From Bryobacteraceae bacterium (lineage in GTDB: Bacteria > Acidobacteriota > Terriglobia > Bryobacterales > Bryobacteraceae): 64,000 bases of DNA. The stretch spans positions 12,209 to 76,208 of the forward strand of contig DALYJJ010000002.1 of NCBI GenBank assembly GCA_031969915.1, read 5' to 3'. Under the pieces are notes generated by a model. It searched no databases and was not told where the DNA came from. It saw only the letters and a program-made list of their open reading frames with translations. This document shows positions 33,591 through 41,443 of this stretch, piece after piece. How positions within the stretch are numbered: position 1 is the first letter of the stretch; each line of letters opens with the position of its first letter. The position numbers and the translations under genes were made by a program.

Positions 33591-34139
33591 ATGACTGGTG
33601 AAGACCGGATGAGCTTGTTGGCGATGCTGGAGGCGAGCCGCGAAGATCTGGTGCGCGCCGTCGACGGGTTGGGTGAAGAAGAGGCGCTCGCGAAGCCGCC
33701 AAGCGGCTGGTCCGCCGTGGACTGCGTGGAGCACCTGGTCTTGACGGAGCGGGCCATTCGCGAGCGCATTCGAGCGCAGGCCGCGTTGGCAGCCGGCGTG
33801 CCCGAGGGGTTCGATTCCGCGAAAGCCGAATTCCTGCTGAAGGTGGTTCCCGCCCGCCGTGGGCGGGCTGTGGCGCCTCCCCACTTGGCGCCCTCCGGCC
33901 GGTTCGCTTCGCTCGCCGACGCGGCCGCCGCCTTTCAGTCCGAACGGCAAACCACGCTCGATTACATCCGCGACACGCCGGACGACTTGCACTTGTGCGG
34001 CACCGAGCACTTCGTGTTCAAGATGCTCGACGGCCATCAGTGGATGGTGCTGTTGGCGTCGCACACCACCCGGCATGCCAACCAGATCCTCGAACTACGC
34101 GACGGCTCTCACCAGAGTCCGCGAAATTCCACCTTGTGA
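33591..34139 (+). CDS. DinB-superfamily (DinB_2-like) four-helix-bundle protein
   Basis: The pattern L......DL...V.GL.EEEA..KP..GWSAVDCVEHLVLTE ... GHQWMVLLASHTTRHANQILELR carries the His triad spacing of DinB-like metal-binding proteins. Confidence 0.7.
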   Translation: MTGEDRMSLLAMLEASREDLVRAVDGLGEEEALAKPPSGWSAVDCVEHLVLTERAIRERIRAQAALAAGVPEGFDSAKAEFLLKVVPARRGRAVAPPHLAPSGRFASLADAAAAFQSERQTTLDYIRDTPDDLHLCGTEHFVFKMLDGHQWMVLLASHTTRHANQILELRDGSHQSPRNSTL

Positions 34140-35554
34140 TAGAAGGTACCGCGCTCCGCGCTCAGGTCCTGCCATCCGGTAATCCACCCGTTGAAGAAAT
34201 ACGGGCGAATGGATGAGTCCTCCGGCGGCTCCTTGAACGCGTAGTAGAGCGTCACGGGCCGGTCCCAGAGTTCGGAAGTGGTGAGATAGGCGACCAGCGC
34301 GTGCTCCATGGAGTGGTACGCGTTCTTCCACGGCCAGGCCTTGGGCATGTCGCCGAGGTTCTGGTTGTTGGACGCGCCCACGTTGGACCACACCTCGCCG
34401 TACTTCGGGTCCACGAAATAGCTCAGCCAGTAATCGTAGCTCCGGGCCAAAAAACGCGTCAGCCCGCGGTCGCTGAGGGCCATCGTGGCGGCGAACTGGT
34501 CCAGTTCGGCATACACCCACCAACTCTTGTTCTTATCCACGCCGCTCGGCGTCACACCCGTGGCCCAGGAGCCGGACTCTTCCAGAAACGCCCTTCGGAG
34601 CAGGCGCGGACCCGCCTCTTCCGCAAAGCGGATCAGCTCTTGGTTCCCCGCCAGGCGCCCCGTCCACCGGATCATCCAGAGCGACTTGATGCTGTGGCCG
34701 TAATCGACCGTGGCCTTGGTGAGGTCCCTGCCGTCCGGTGTGGTGGTGTTCAGAAAGAACAGATTGTCCGCGGGCGAGTAGAACTCCTCCATCAGCATGC
34801 GGGACAGGCGCACCAGGTCGGCAATCCACTCGCTGCGGTGCGGTTCGGGGAGCGTGGGCGCAAGCAGCGCCATGTAGGCGTTCATCTGGTCGAGCGTGGC
34901 GGTAATGCGCTTTTCGAGCGCCTTCGTGTTGCCGTCGTCGCGCTGGAGCCATTGCAGGGCGTTCAAGCTCTTGTTGTCGTAACGCTCGAAGATGTACTTC
35001 TTCACGGCCAGGATGTCGGGCAGCACATCGGAATCGCGCGTCAGGTAATAGTAGAAGCCCATTCCCAGAAGCGCGTAGGCGAGTTCCTGCGGATTGCGAT
35101 GTTCGTGCGAGGCCGGCATCCAGGCGCGCCGGTCGTTTTCATACCAGGCATGCACGCCGCCGTTGCGGCGATCGATCGCGTTGCGGCGAAGATGCTCGAT
35201 GCCCGCGCGCGCGTAATCGAGGAAGCGCGTCTGGCCGGTCAGGTGATAAGCCACGCCGTACCCATAGATCTGGCGCGAGAGGGCGACCACGTATTGGCGG
35301 TCCAGCATGAGCCAGGAGTTTTGCGCTACTTCGCGGCAAGGCGCGCGCCGGTCGATGAGAGTGCCGTCGTCGCAGCGCGTAGTGGGGAAGTTGCCCAGCG
35401 GCACGCCCAGGGCGGAAGGTTGATCCCAGAAGGGCAGCAACTCGCGCTCGAAGTGCTGGAGCCAGCGCTCGGGCGAGGGCAGGTCCGCCGTGCGGTCCTG
35501 CGCGGTGGCGAGGGAGAAGAGAACCAGGAGGAGAGCGAATGTTCGTACGGCCAT
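34109..35554 (-). CDS. AGE-family (N-acylglucosamine 2-epimerase-like) (alpha/alpha)6-barrel protein, secreted
   Basis: The start at 35554 gives MAVRTFALLLVLFSLATAQ. Aromatic-rich helical hairpins repeat (SRQIYGYGVAYHLTG, ELAYALLGMGFYYYLT, QMNAYMALLAP, YGHSIKSLWMIRW, SWWVYAELDQFAATMA, AYHSMEHALVAY), as in AGE/cellobiose-2-epimerase folds. The 3' end overlaps the convergent DinB gene by 31 nt. Confidence 0.6.
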   Translation of the reverse strand: MAVRTFALLLVLFSLATAQDRTADLPSPERWLQHFERELLPFWDQPSALGVPLGNFPTTRCDDGTLIDRRAPCREVAQNSWLMLDRQYVVALSRQIYGYGVAYHLTGQTRFLDYARAGIEHLRRNAIDRRNGGVHAWYENDRRAWMPASHEHRNPQELAYALLGMGFYYYLTRDSDVLPDILAVKKYIFERYDNKSLNALQWLQRDDGNTKALEKRITATLDQMNAYMALLAPTLPEPHRSEWIADLVRLSRMLMEEFYSPADNLFFLNTTTPDGRDLTKATVDYGHSIKSLWMIRWTGRLAGNQELIRFAEEAGPRLLRRAFLEESGSWATGVTPSGVDKNKSWWVYAELDQFAATMALSDRGLTRFLARSYDYWLSYFVDPKYGEVWSNVGASNNQNLGDMPKAWPWKNAYHSMEHALVAYLTTSELWDRPVTLYYAFKEPPEDSSIRPYFFNGWITGWQDLSAERGTFYHKVEFRGLW

Positions 35555-35605
35555 ACGGTGTTCGCTCTCCAGGTTATTCCGGCGCGGCGCCGGCGGCAAG
35601 CCCGG

Positions 35606-36118
35606 CTACCGGCCCTCGCTCGAAGGGGGCACGATGCCCTTGATGCGCATGTAGGTGGCCATGTTGCCGTAGTGCTCGTAGGTGTGGACCATGTTGAATC
35701 CGAGCACGCTGATCTTGGCCATTTCGCTCCCGAAGAACTTGATCCGCTCGAGGGCCTGGGCGTCGGTCATGCCCTCGTACACCGAGTCGCAGTACGCGTA
35801 GGCTTCCTTCAGACCGGCGACGAGATCCGCTTTGGTGGTCTTGCCTTTCTCAATGCCGCCCGCCTTCTTTTCCCCTTTGACCGCGGCGCAGAAGGCGATG
35901 TTGGCGTCAGCGACATGCCCAACCAACTGGCCAAACGTGCGCACGTCGTCGGAGGGCTTGAACGAGTAGTTCTCTTCAGGCATCTTCTCGGCGGCCTTCA
36001 GGACGTTACCGCGGAACCGCCCGTAGAGGGTCTTCGAGTCGGCGGTGAGCGGGTTCTGGGCGTTCGCCGCGCAGGCGGCCAGAACCAGGCCAAGCAGGGT
36101 GAGTGTTTTGAGTCGCAT
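35606..36118 (-). CDS. secreted DinB-family protein
   Basis: I chose the ATG at 36118 (MRLKTLTLLGLVLAACAANAQ); the track start at 36133 is a TTG. DinB-like pattern: N.LKAAEKMPEENYSFKP....RTFGQLVGHVAD ... VHTYEHYGNMATYMR. Confidence 0.7.
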   Translation of the reverse strand: MRLKTLTLLGLVLAACAANAQNPLTADSKTLYGRFRGNVLKAAEKMPEENYSFKPSDDVRTFGQLVGHVADANIAFCAAVKGEKKAGGIEKGKTTKADLVAGLKEAYAYCDSVYEGMTDAQALERIKFFGSEMAKISVLGFNMVHTYEHYGNMATYMRIKGIVPPSSEGR

Positions 36119-36173
36119 GAAGTGTTTATACAACGAACCGGATCGTTTCTTGCGTAAAATCGTGAGAACGACA

Positions 36174-38822
36174 ATGACTCACATCCGTTTGGGGGCGCTT
36201 TTCGTGGCCGCGGCGATGCTCGTTGCGGCGGAGAAATGGACGGTTGACGATGTGCTGTTCCAGGAGCGGTTGGCCGGTCTGGAGTGGTCGAAGGACGCGC
36301 GGTACGCGGTGTATGTGAAATCGAAGATGGACCGCGACAAGGGCGAGGCGGTCTCCAACCTCTGGCTGAAGAACGTAGCCGATGGCTTCGAGGTGGCGCT
36401 GACGCGAGGGAACGACAACCATGCGAGCCCGAAGTTCGCCCCGGATTCGAAACGCATTGCGTTTCTGAGCGGCCGGAAAGCGGCGGCGGTGCCCTCGGCC
36501 ACTGCCGGCAGTCCGGCGGCGGACGGCGGCGGCGGGATGCAGGTCTGGATGATCGACACGCGGGGCGGAGAGCCGTGGGCGGTCACGCGCCTGGAAAAGG
36601 GCGTTCGCGCGTTCGAGTGGCTGGACAACGATGCGCTCCTGCTGCTCGCCGCTGAAGACGCCACGCTGCACGAGCAGCAAACGAAGGAACGCAAGGACAC
36701 CTCAAACGTGGTTGACGACGAGGTGCACGCCGCGCCCGTGCGGCTCTATCGCTTCGACCTCAAGCAGCAGAAGGCCACCCGCCTGACCAATAATTCCGAC
36801 CGCATCACCAACATGACCGCATCGCCCGACGGGGCCTGGGCCGTCACCAGCCACAACCGCAGCCTGCGCGAGATCTACGACCAGAAGATCAAACCGGTGA
36901 CCTTTCTCTACAACCTGAAGACCGGGGAAGGGAAGCAGTTGTTCGCGGGCGAGAAACTGCAGCCGCGCGGCTTTGCCTGGAAGCCGGACAGCAAGGGGTT
37001 CTACTTCACGGCCCCGTACACCACACATCCGTATCTCTACAATGCGTCGATCAACCTGGCTTACGAGTACGACCTTGCCGCCGCCCGGCACTCGAAGATC
37101 GAACTCGATTGGGAGAACGGCCTGGCGTCGCCCCTGCGCGCCACGGCGGACGGTTTCGTCGCGCTGCTGGCGGCGGGAGCGCGCAACAAGGCCGCCCGGT
37201 ACACGCGCAACGGCGCGGCGTGGACCCGGACGCCGCTCGCCGGCGAACATGCCGGGAACCTCCACGGCCTGGAACTGAGCGACGACGGCAAGACCATCGC
37301 CTATCACTATTCGACCGCGTCGAGGCCCTCGGTGTGGATGATGGCGCGCCTTGACGGCGCCCAGCTCGCAGAGGCGAAACCGCTGGTGGAGTTGAACGGC
37401 GGCTTCAAGAAGAAGACGGTGGCGAAGACGGAACTCGTCTCGTGGAAGGGCGCGCTCGACGAACAGGTCGAGGGCATCCTCTACTACCCGCACCAATACG
37501 AAGCGGGCAGGAAGTACCCGTTGGTGGTGATGATCCACGGCGGGCCGCACGGCCACGACGCCGATGTGTTCAACGAATCGTGGGGCTACCCGCACCAGTT
37601 GATGGCGCAGCGAGGCGCGTTCGTGCTGAAGCCGAACTACCATGGATCCTCGAATTACGGGCTGAAGTGGAGCGAGTCCATTTCGAACGGCAAGTATAAC
37701 GACCTGGAGTGGATTGACGTCGAGAAGGGCGTGGACTCGTTGATCGCCCAGGGCCTGGTGGACGCCAACAAGCTCGGCGTGCTCGGCTGGTCGAACGGAT
37801 CGATCATCACCATCGAACTGACCACCCGCACCACGCGGTACAAGGCTGCCGGCGCGGGCGCCGGCGACGTCAACTGGATCAGCGATTGGGGGAATGCCGT
37901 CTTCGGCGACGCCTTCGAGATGTACTACCTGGGCAAAACGCCCATGCAGGATCCCGATCTCTACATCCGTAAGTCTCCGTTGTTCCGGATGGATAAGGTG
38001 CGTACGCCCACCATCATCTTCTTCGGCACCGAAGATAAGCAGGTGCCGACGGAACAAGGCTGGCAGCACTTTCGCGCCCTGCAGCACTACGGGAAGGCGG
38101 AGTCGAAGTTCATTCTCTTCCCCGGCGAGGCCCATGGTCCGCGCAAGCTCGTGCATCAGCGGCGGAAGCTGGAGGAGGAGCTGGCTTGGTTCGACAAGCA
38201 CCTGTTCGGGACGGCGAAGGACGTGAACGAGTCGCTGAAGCCATCTTCGCCGCTGGCCGCGGCGTTGAAGGTGCGCAACACGGGCGAGGTTCCGGACACC
38301 GCGGAACGCGGGCCCATCGCCATCGGCCGGTTCGAAGTGACACGCGCGCAGTACCGGGCGTTCGACGCCGCCTATTCGGTTGCCGCCGGAACCGAAAGCT
38401 ATCCGGCAAACGGCGTGACGTTCGAACGAGCCAAGGCCTACGCTGAGTGGCTTTCGAATAAGACCGGACAGAAATGGCGGCTGGGCAGCGAGGAGGAGTT
38501 GGGCTCGCTGCTGAAACCGGCGAAGGGCGAGAACACGCTCGATCTGTGGGCCGGTTACGCCGTGAACCCGGACGACGAAACGAAGCTCGCGTCCCTGGTT
38601 GAAGGCCTGGGCGCGGGCGCGCTGCTGAAGCCCGTGGGCAGTTTTCCGGGTAGCGGCGAGGATCCGCTCTTCGATCTCGGCGGCAACGTGGCGGAATGGG
38701 TTACCGCGAAGGACGGTACGGGGAAAGCGCTGGGCGGCAGCGCGGACCGGCCCTCGGATGCAAAATCGGAACGGCGAGCGCGGCCCGAATACATCGGATT
38801 CCGCGTGGTGAGGACACAGTAA
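36174..38822 (+). CDS. S9-family serine peptidase (prolyl oligopeptidase/acylaminoacyl-peptidase type) with a C-terminal FGE-sulfatase-fold domain
   Basis: The ATG at 36174 gives MTHIRLGALFVAAAMLVAAE. An N-terminal beta-propeller is followed by an alpha/beta hydrolase domain with GxSxG (LGVLGWSNGSII), Asp (FGTEDKQVP) and His (PGEAHG). The last ~172 aa (38304..38819) match the FGE/SUMF1 fold: RFEVTRAQYRAF, PANGVTFERAKAYAEWLS, WRLGSEEEL, LFDLGGNVAEWV, IGFRVVR. Confidence 0.8.
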   Translation: MTHIRLGALFVAAAMLVAAEKWTVDDVLFQERLAGLEWSKDARYAVYVKSKMDRDKGEAVSNLWLKNVADGFEVALTRGNDNHASPKFAPDSKRIAFLSGRKAAAVPSATAGSPAADGGGGMQVWMIDTRGGEPWAVTRLEKGVRAFEWLDNDALLLLAAEDATLHEQQTKERKDTSNVVDDEVHAAPVRLYRFDLKQQKATRLTNNSDRITNMTASPDGAWAVTSHNRSLREIYDQKIKPVTFLYNLKTGEGKQLFAGEKLQPRGFAWKPDSKGFYFTAPYTTHPYLYNASINLAYEYDLAAARHSKIELDWENGLASPLRATADGFVALLAAGARNKAARYTRNGAAWTRTPLAGEHAGNLHGLELSDDGKTIAYHYSTASRPSVWMMARLDGAQLAEAKPLVELNGGFKKKTVAKTELVSWKGALDEQVEGILYYPHQYEAGRKYPLVVMIHGGPHGHDADVFNESWGYPHQLMAQRGAFVLKPNYHGSSNYGLKWSESISNGKYNDLEWIDVEKGVDSLIAQGLVDANKLGVLGWSNGSIITIELTTRTTRYKAAGAGAGDVNWISDWGNAVFGDAFEMYYLGKTPMQDPDLYIRKSPLFRMDKVRTPTIIFFGTEDKQVPTEQGWQHFRALQHYGKAESKFILFPGEAHGPRKLVHQRRKLEEELAWFDKHLFGTAKDVNESLKPSSPLAAALKVRNTGEVPDTAERGPIAIGRFEVTRAQYRAFDAAYSVAAGTESYPANGVTFERAKAYAEWLSNKTGQKWRLGSEEELGSLLKPAKGENTLDLWAGYAVNPDDETKLASLVEGLGAGALLKPVGSFPGSGEDPLFDLGGNVAEWVTAKDGTGKALGGSADRPSDAKSERRARPEYIGFRVVRTQ

Positions 38823-39103
38823 TGCAAGTCCGTAGTTCCCAGATGGACCAGATGGGTGACGCGGAGCCCAACCGCTTAAACGTGCAGCCCTGCGAATCCA
38901 GCAAGCACTGGATCGAGTTCCAACTCGTGGACAAGCTGCATAACCCGATTCCGGGTGAACCGTACAAGGTGCGGCTGCCGGATGGTTCCTCCCACACCGG
39001 TACGCTCGACGGCGAGGGCAAGGTGCGCTTCGATCCCATCGTCGGCGGCCAAGCCACGATCAGCTTCCCGGGGCTCGACGCGAAAGAGTGGTTTTCGCTC
39101 TGA
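38822..39103 (+). CDS. small hypothetical protein with a beta-sandwich-like motif also seen in the neighbouring LysM and OmpA-like proteins
   Basis: The ATG at 38822 overlaps the S9-FGE stop (TAATG). 93 aa: ...HWIEFQLVDKLHNPIPGEPYKVRLPDGSSHTGTLDGEGKVRFDPIVGGQATISFPGLDAKEW. No signal peptide. The stop lies 12 nt from the stop of the convergent 773-aa gene. Confidence 0.5.
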   Translation: MQVRSSQMDQMGDAEPNRLNVQPCESSKHWIEFQLVDKLHNPIPGEPYKVRLPDGSSHTGTLDGEGKVRFDPIVGGQATISFPGLDAKEWFSL

Positions 39104-39115
39104 CGGCGCCCGTGA

Positions 39116-41437
39116 TCAAGACGGGATCTGGTTCCGGACCTGGATCAACATATCGAAAATGTAGTCGTCCGGCGCGGCCGTGTCCTCCACCAGGATGAAC
39201 TCCTCGCCGACAGCACGGGCGAACAATGCCTTCTGCCTGCGTGACGCGGTTTCCGGTTGCAGGTCCTTCATCGTGATCGGATTCGATACTTCAAGGATCA
39301 CGTCGGGTTTGGTGAAATCGGGATCGACAATGCCCAGCGGTGTGTTCTCGATGCCCAGGGCGAGCAGGTCGTTGCCCTTGTTGCCCACCAGCGTCTTCAG
39401 CGCGTACTGAAACACCAGATCGCGGCGCACCGTGCCCGTGGCGGTGACGAGTTCGTTCCACGTCACGGGCCGGTCGTTGCGCGTGAGCTGGCGCTTGGAG
39501 ACGGGTGCGAGCATCATGTCGCCGACGTTGTTGAACTCTACTCCGCTGGAGGAGAAAAACAGAAAGTCTTCCGGCCCCAGAAATACTTCGAACGTGGGCG
39601 GGTTCTTGATTGCCTGTGCGCCCTTGTCCATCTTGTCGAAGTAGCGCGAATTCCAGTGGCCGTTCACGCCCACGCGCATGAGCCACTCTTCGGTCTCCAC
39701 GCCTCCGGCGATGATCTTGCCGAGTTCCGTGAAGAACCCGTCGATGGCGGCGTCGACTGCTTTCTGGACCATGTCCTTCAGCATGCCGCCCAGGTCGATG
39801 GTGGGTCCGTTGGGGGGGATCTTCACGATCGGGATGTCGTTCAGCGACATACCCAGGATCTTGATGTTCGCCACGCGCTCGGCGATCTCCTTGCGCATGG
39901 CCTCCTCTTCCTTCTTGAAGAGATCGCGCACCTGCTTCACGCTGTTGTCCCGGATGCGGATCCGCCCCGTGATGCCGCTGAAGGCCACCTCGCAGATCTT
40001 CACCTTCTTCGCCTGCGTGTGATTCGGGTCGTGCCAGCCCAGGGAGAGCATCACGCCCGCGGCGTCCTTGCCGTCGAGGGACGCCTTGGTGATGGTGATC
40101 TTGGCCTGCTTCGGCGCCTCACCGGGCTTCTCGGGCGGCAGCAATTGCACCACCGGTTTGATCAAGTGCGCTCCCGCATGGGGCAGCGCCACCGTGGCCT
40201 GCAGCAGGCGCGGCCTCAGCACGATGGTGTTATGGAAAAACTCGGTGGTGGCGCCGATAGGAAACGGCGCGACCGGAACTTCAAGCGGCGGCAGATCGAC
40301 AATGAACTCGTAGTCCTTTTCTGCGAGCGAAGAGTAGTTCATGTACCCGCCGCGCTTCGACGCGAAGAACATGAACGTGATAGCCGGGACCTTGGTGGGC
40401 CCGGCCTTCGGGTCGCCCGGCAGATTCTCCCCGAACTGTACCGCTCCCCATGTGGCTGTCGCGATGGCGCGGGGTGGGTTCATCATCGCCATCGTCTTCG
40501 GATTCCTGGCGGCTTTCAGTTCCTTGGTCTTGCTGCAGTCGTACACCCAGCGTCCAGACGCCCACACGAACATCCCGGTCATGGGCCACAGCCATTCGCC
40601 ATCCGCCCACGGCCCATCGTGCTTGGGCATCTCTTCGGCTTTGAAGCCGCGTTCAAAGGGGTCGTCGAAGTCCTCCATCAGAGAGCCCGCATCCCACTGG
40701 ATCTCGAACGTTCCCGGCTTGGCGATCGGCCGCTCGCTGTCCAGTTTCTCGTCTGTGTTGGGTGGGTTTCCGGCGCTGGGCGCGATGGCGCTCGCGTATT
40801 TCGTTTCGGGCAGCACGTGGAGCGACCAGTTCATCCACTTGTGCCATTGCGCAAAGGGAACCTCAACCGGATTGCCGTAGCTGCGGGTGGCCGTTCCTTC
40901 GATCTCGATGATCTGATCGATGGGAATCGTTCCGGACGACGGGCCGCGATTCACCGGAGCCCATTGCGGGATGACGCGGAGAGCGCGCATGGCCAGGCGC
41001 GCGCCGATACGCACGATGAAGAACTTGAGGACATCGGTGATGATGCCCAGGACGGTGTCGAGAAACGAACTGATCGCGGCCAGAGCGGTCGCGAACCCAA
41101 GGATCGCTCCGATCACGGTCCCGATCGGCCCGCCCAGAGACCCCTGCGCCGCGGCCAGAGCAGCGGCCGCGGCCGCGGCAGCAGCGCGGGCGGCGTTGGC
41201 CGCGGTGCGTGCGATCAGGGTCACCGTTTCCAACACCTTCAGCAGCGGACCGAGCACCGGCAGGTTGTCCTCGATGAACTCCTTGAACTGCTGCTCCATG
41301 TCGCCGAACTCTTCCGGCGTGTGGCAGCCGCAGGAGACGCCGTCGCCGTCCGGCCCCGGCTTCTGAGGCACGAAGCCCTCGTTGTTGATCCGTTGAAACG
41401 GCTTTAGGCGGTTCAGAGGCTTGATGGGGTCGGCCAT
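39116..41437 (-). CDS. 773-aa protein of no recognisable family; N-terminal Ala-run and glycine-zipper hydrophobic segment; third gene of the LysM/OmpA-like operon
   Basis: Uninterrupted ORF with an ATG at 41437, 6 nt after the upstream stop. aa 78-97 AANAARAAAAAAAAALAAAQ; aa 102-150 GGPIGTVIGAILGFATALAAISSFLDTVLGIITDVLKFFIVRIGARLAM. Trp-rich stretches follow (QWHKWMNWSLHV, GPWADGEWLWPMTGMFVWASGRWVYDC). No signal peptide and no catalytic motif that I can name. Confidence 0.75.
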   Translation of the reverse strand: MADPIKPLNRLKPFQRINNEGFVPQKPGPDGDGVSCGCHTPEEFGDMEQQFKEFIEDNLPVLGPLLKVLETVTLIARTAANAARAAAAAAAAALAAAQGSLGGPIGTVIGAILGFATALAAISSFLDTVLGIITDVLKFFIVRIGARLAMRALRVIPQWAPVNRGPSSGTIPIDQIIEIEGTATRSYGNPVEVPFAQWHKWMNWSLHVLPETKYASAIAPSAGNPPNTDEKLDSERPIAKPGTFEIQWDAGSLMEDFDDPFERGFKAEEMPKHDGPWADGEWLWPMTGMFVWASGRWVYDCSKTKELKAARNPKTMAMMNPPRAIATATWGAVQFGENLPGDPKAGPTKVPAITFMFFASKRGGYMNYSSLAEKDYEFIVDLPPLEVPVAPFPIGATTEFFHNTIVLRPRLLQATVALPHAGAHLIKPVVQLLPPEKPGEAPKQAKITITKASLDGKDAAGVMLSLGWHDPNHTQAKKVKICEVAFSGITGRIRIRDNSVKQVRDLFKKEEEAMRKEIAERVANIKILGMSLNDIPIVKIPPNGPTIDLGGMLKDMVQKAVDAAIDGFFTELGKIIAGGVETEEWLMRVGVNGHWNSRYFDKMDKGAQAIKNPPTFEVFLGPEDFLFFSSSGVEFNNVGDMMLAPVSKRQLTRNDRPVTWNELVTATGTVRRDLVFQYALKTLVGNKGNDLLALGIENTPLGIVDPDFTKPDVILEVSNPITMKDLQPETASRRQKALFARAVGEEFILVEDTAAPDDYIFDMLIQVRNQIPS

Positions 41438-41443
41438 GGCGGA

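Noticed and set aside
34109-34139. Convergent gene overlaps (31 nt DinB/AGE, 11 nt at 19566..19576, 3 nt at 50735..50737) as possible antisense regulation.
   Set aside because: Short 3'-end overlaps are common in compact GC-rich genomes and may partly reflect uncertainty about which gene ends where. I saw no supporting structure.
38304-38819. The FGE-fold domain acting as the maturase for the two Cys-type sulfatases in the window.
   Set aside because: The domain is short, is fused to a secreted peptidase, and lacks cysteines in the region where FGE carries its catalytic pair.
41150-41210. GCG/GCC-rich repetitive DNA that could be taken for a tandem-repeat or CRISPR-like element.
   Set aside because: It is in frame within the 773-aa ORF and encodes a poly-Ala run. 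There is no repeat-spacer periodicity.
39257-41407. 716-aa plus-strand ORF covering almost the whole 773-aa gene. Similar very long antisense ORFs lie at 13089..14549, 15888..17324, 17590..19071, 25635..27191, 30306..31697, 31877..33601, 34301..36157, 36702..38201, 42590..44254, 45566..47464 and 61507..63597.
   Set aside because: Their translations are Arg/Gly/Pro/Ala/His-rich low-complexity strings without motifs. Each lies antisense to a gene with clear family signatures or coherent composition. Stop-poor antisense frames are expected in GC-rich DNA.
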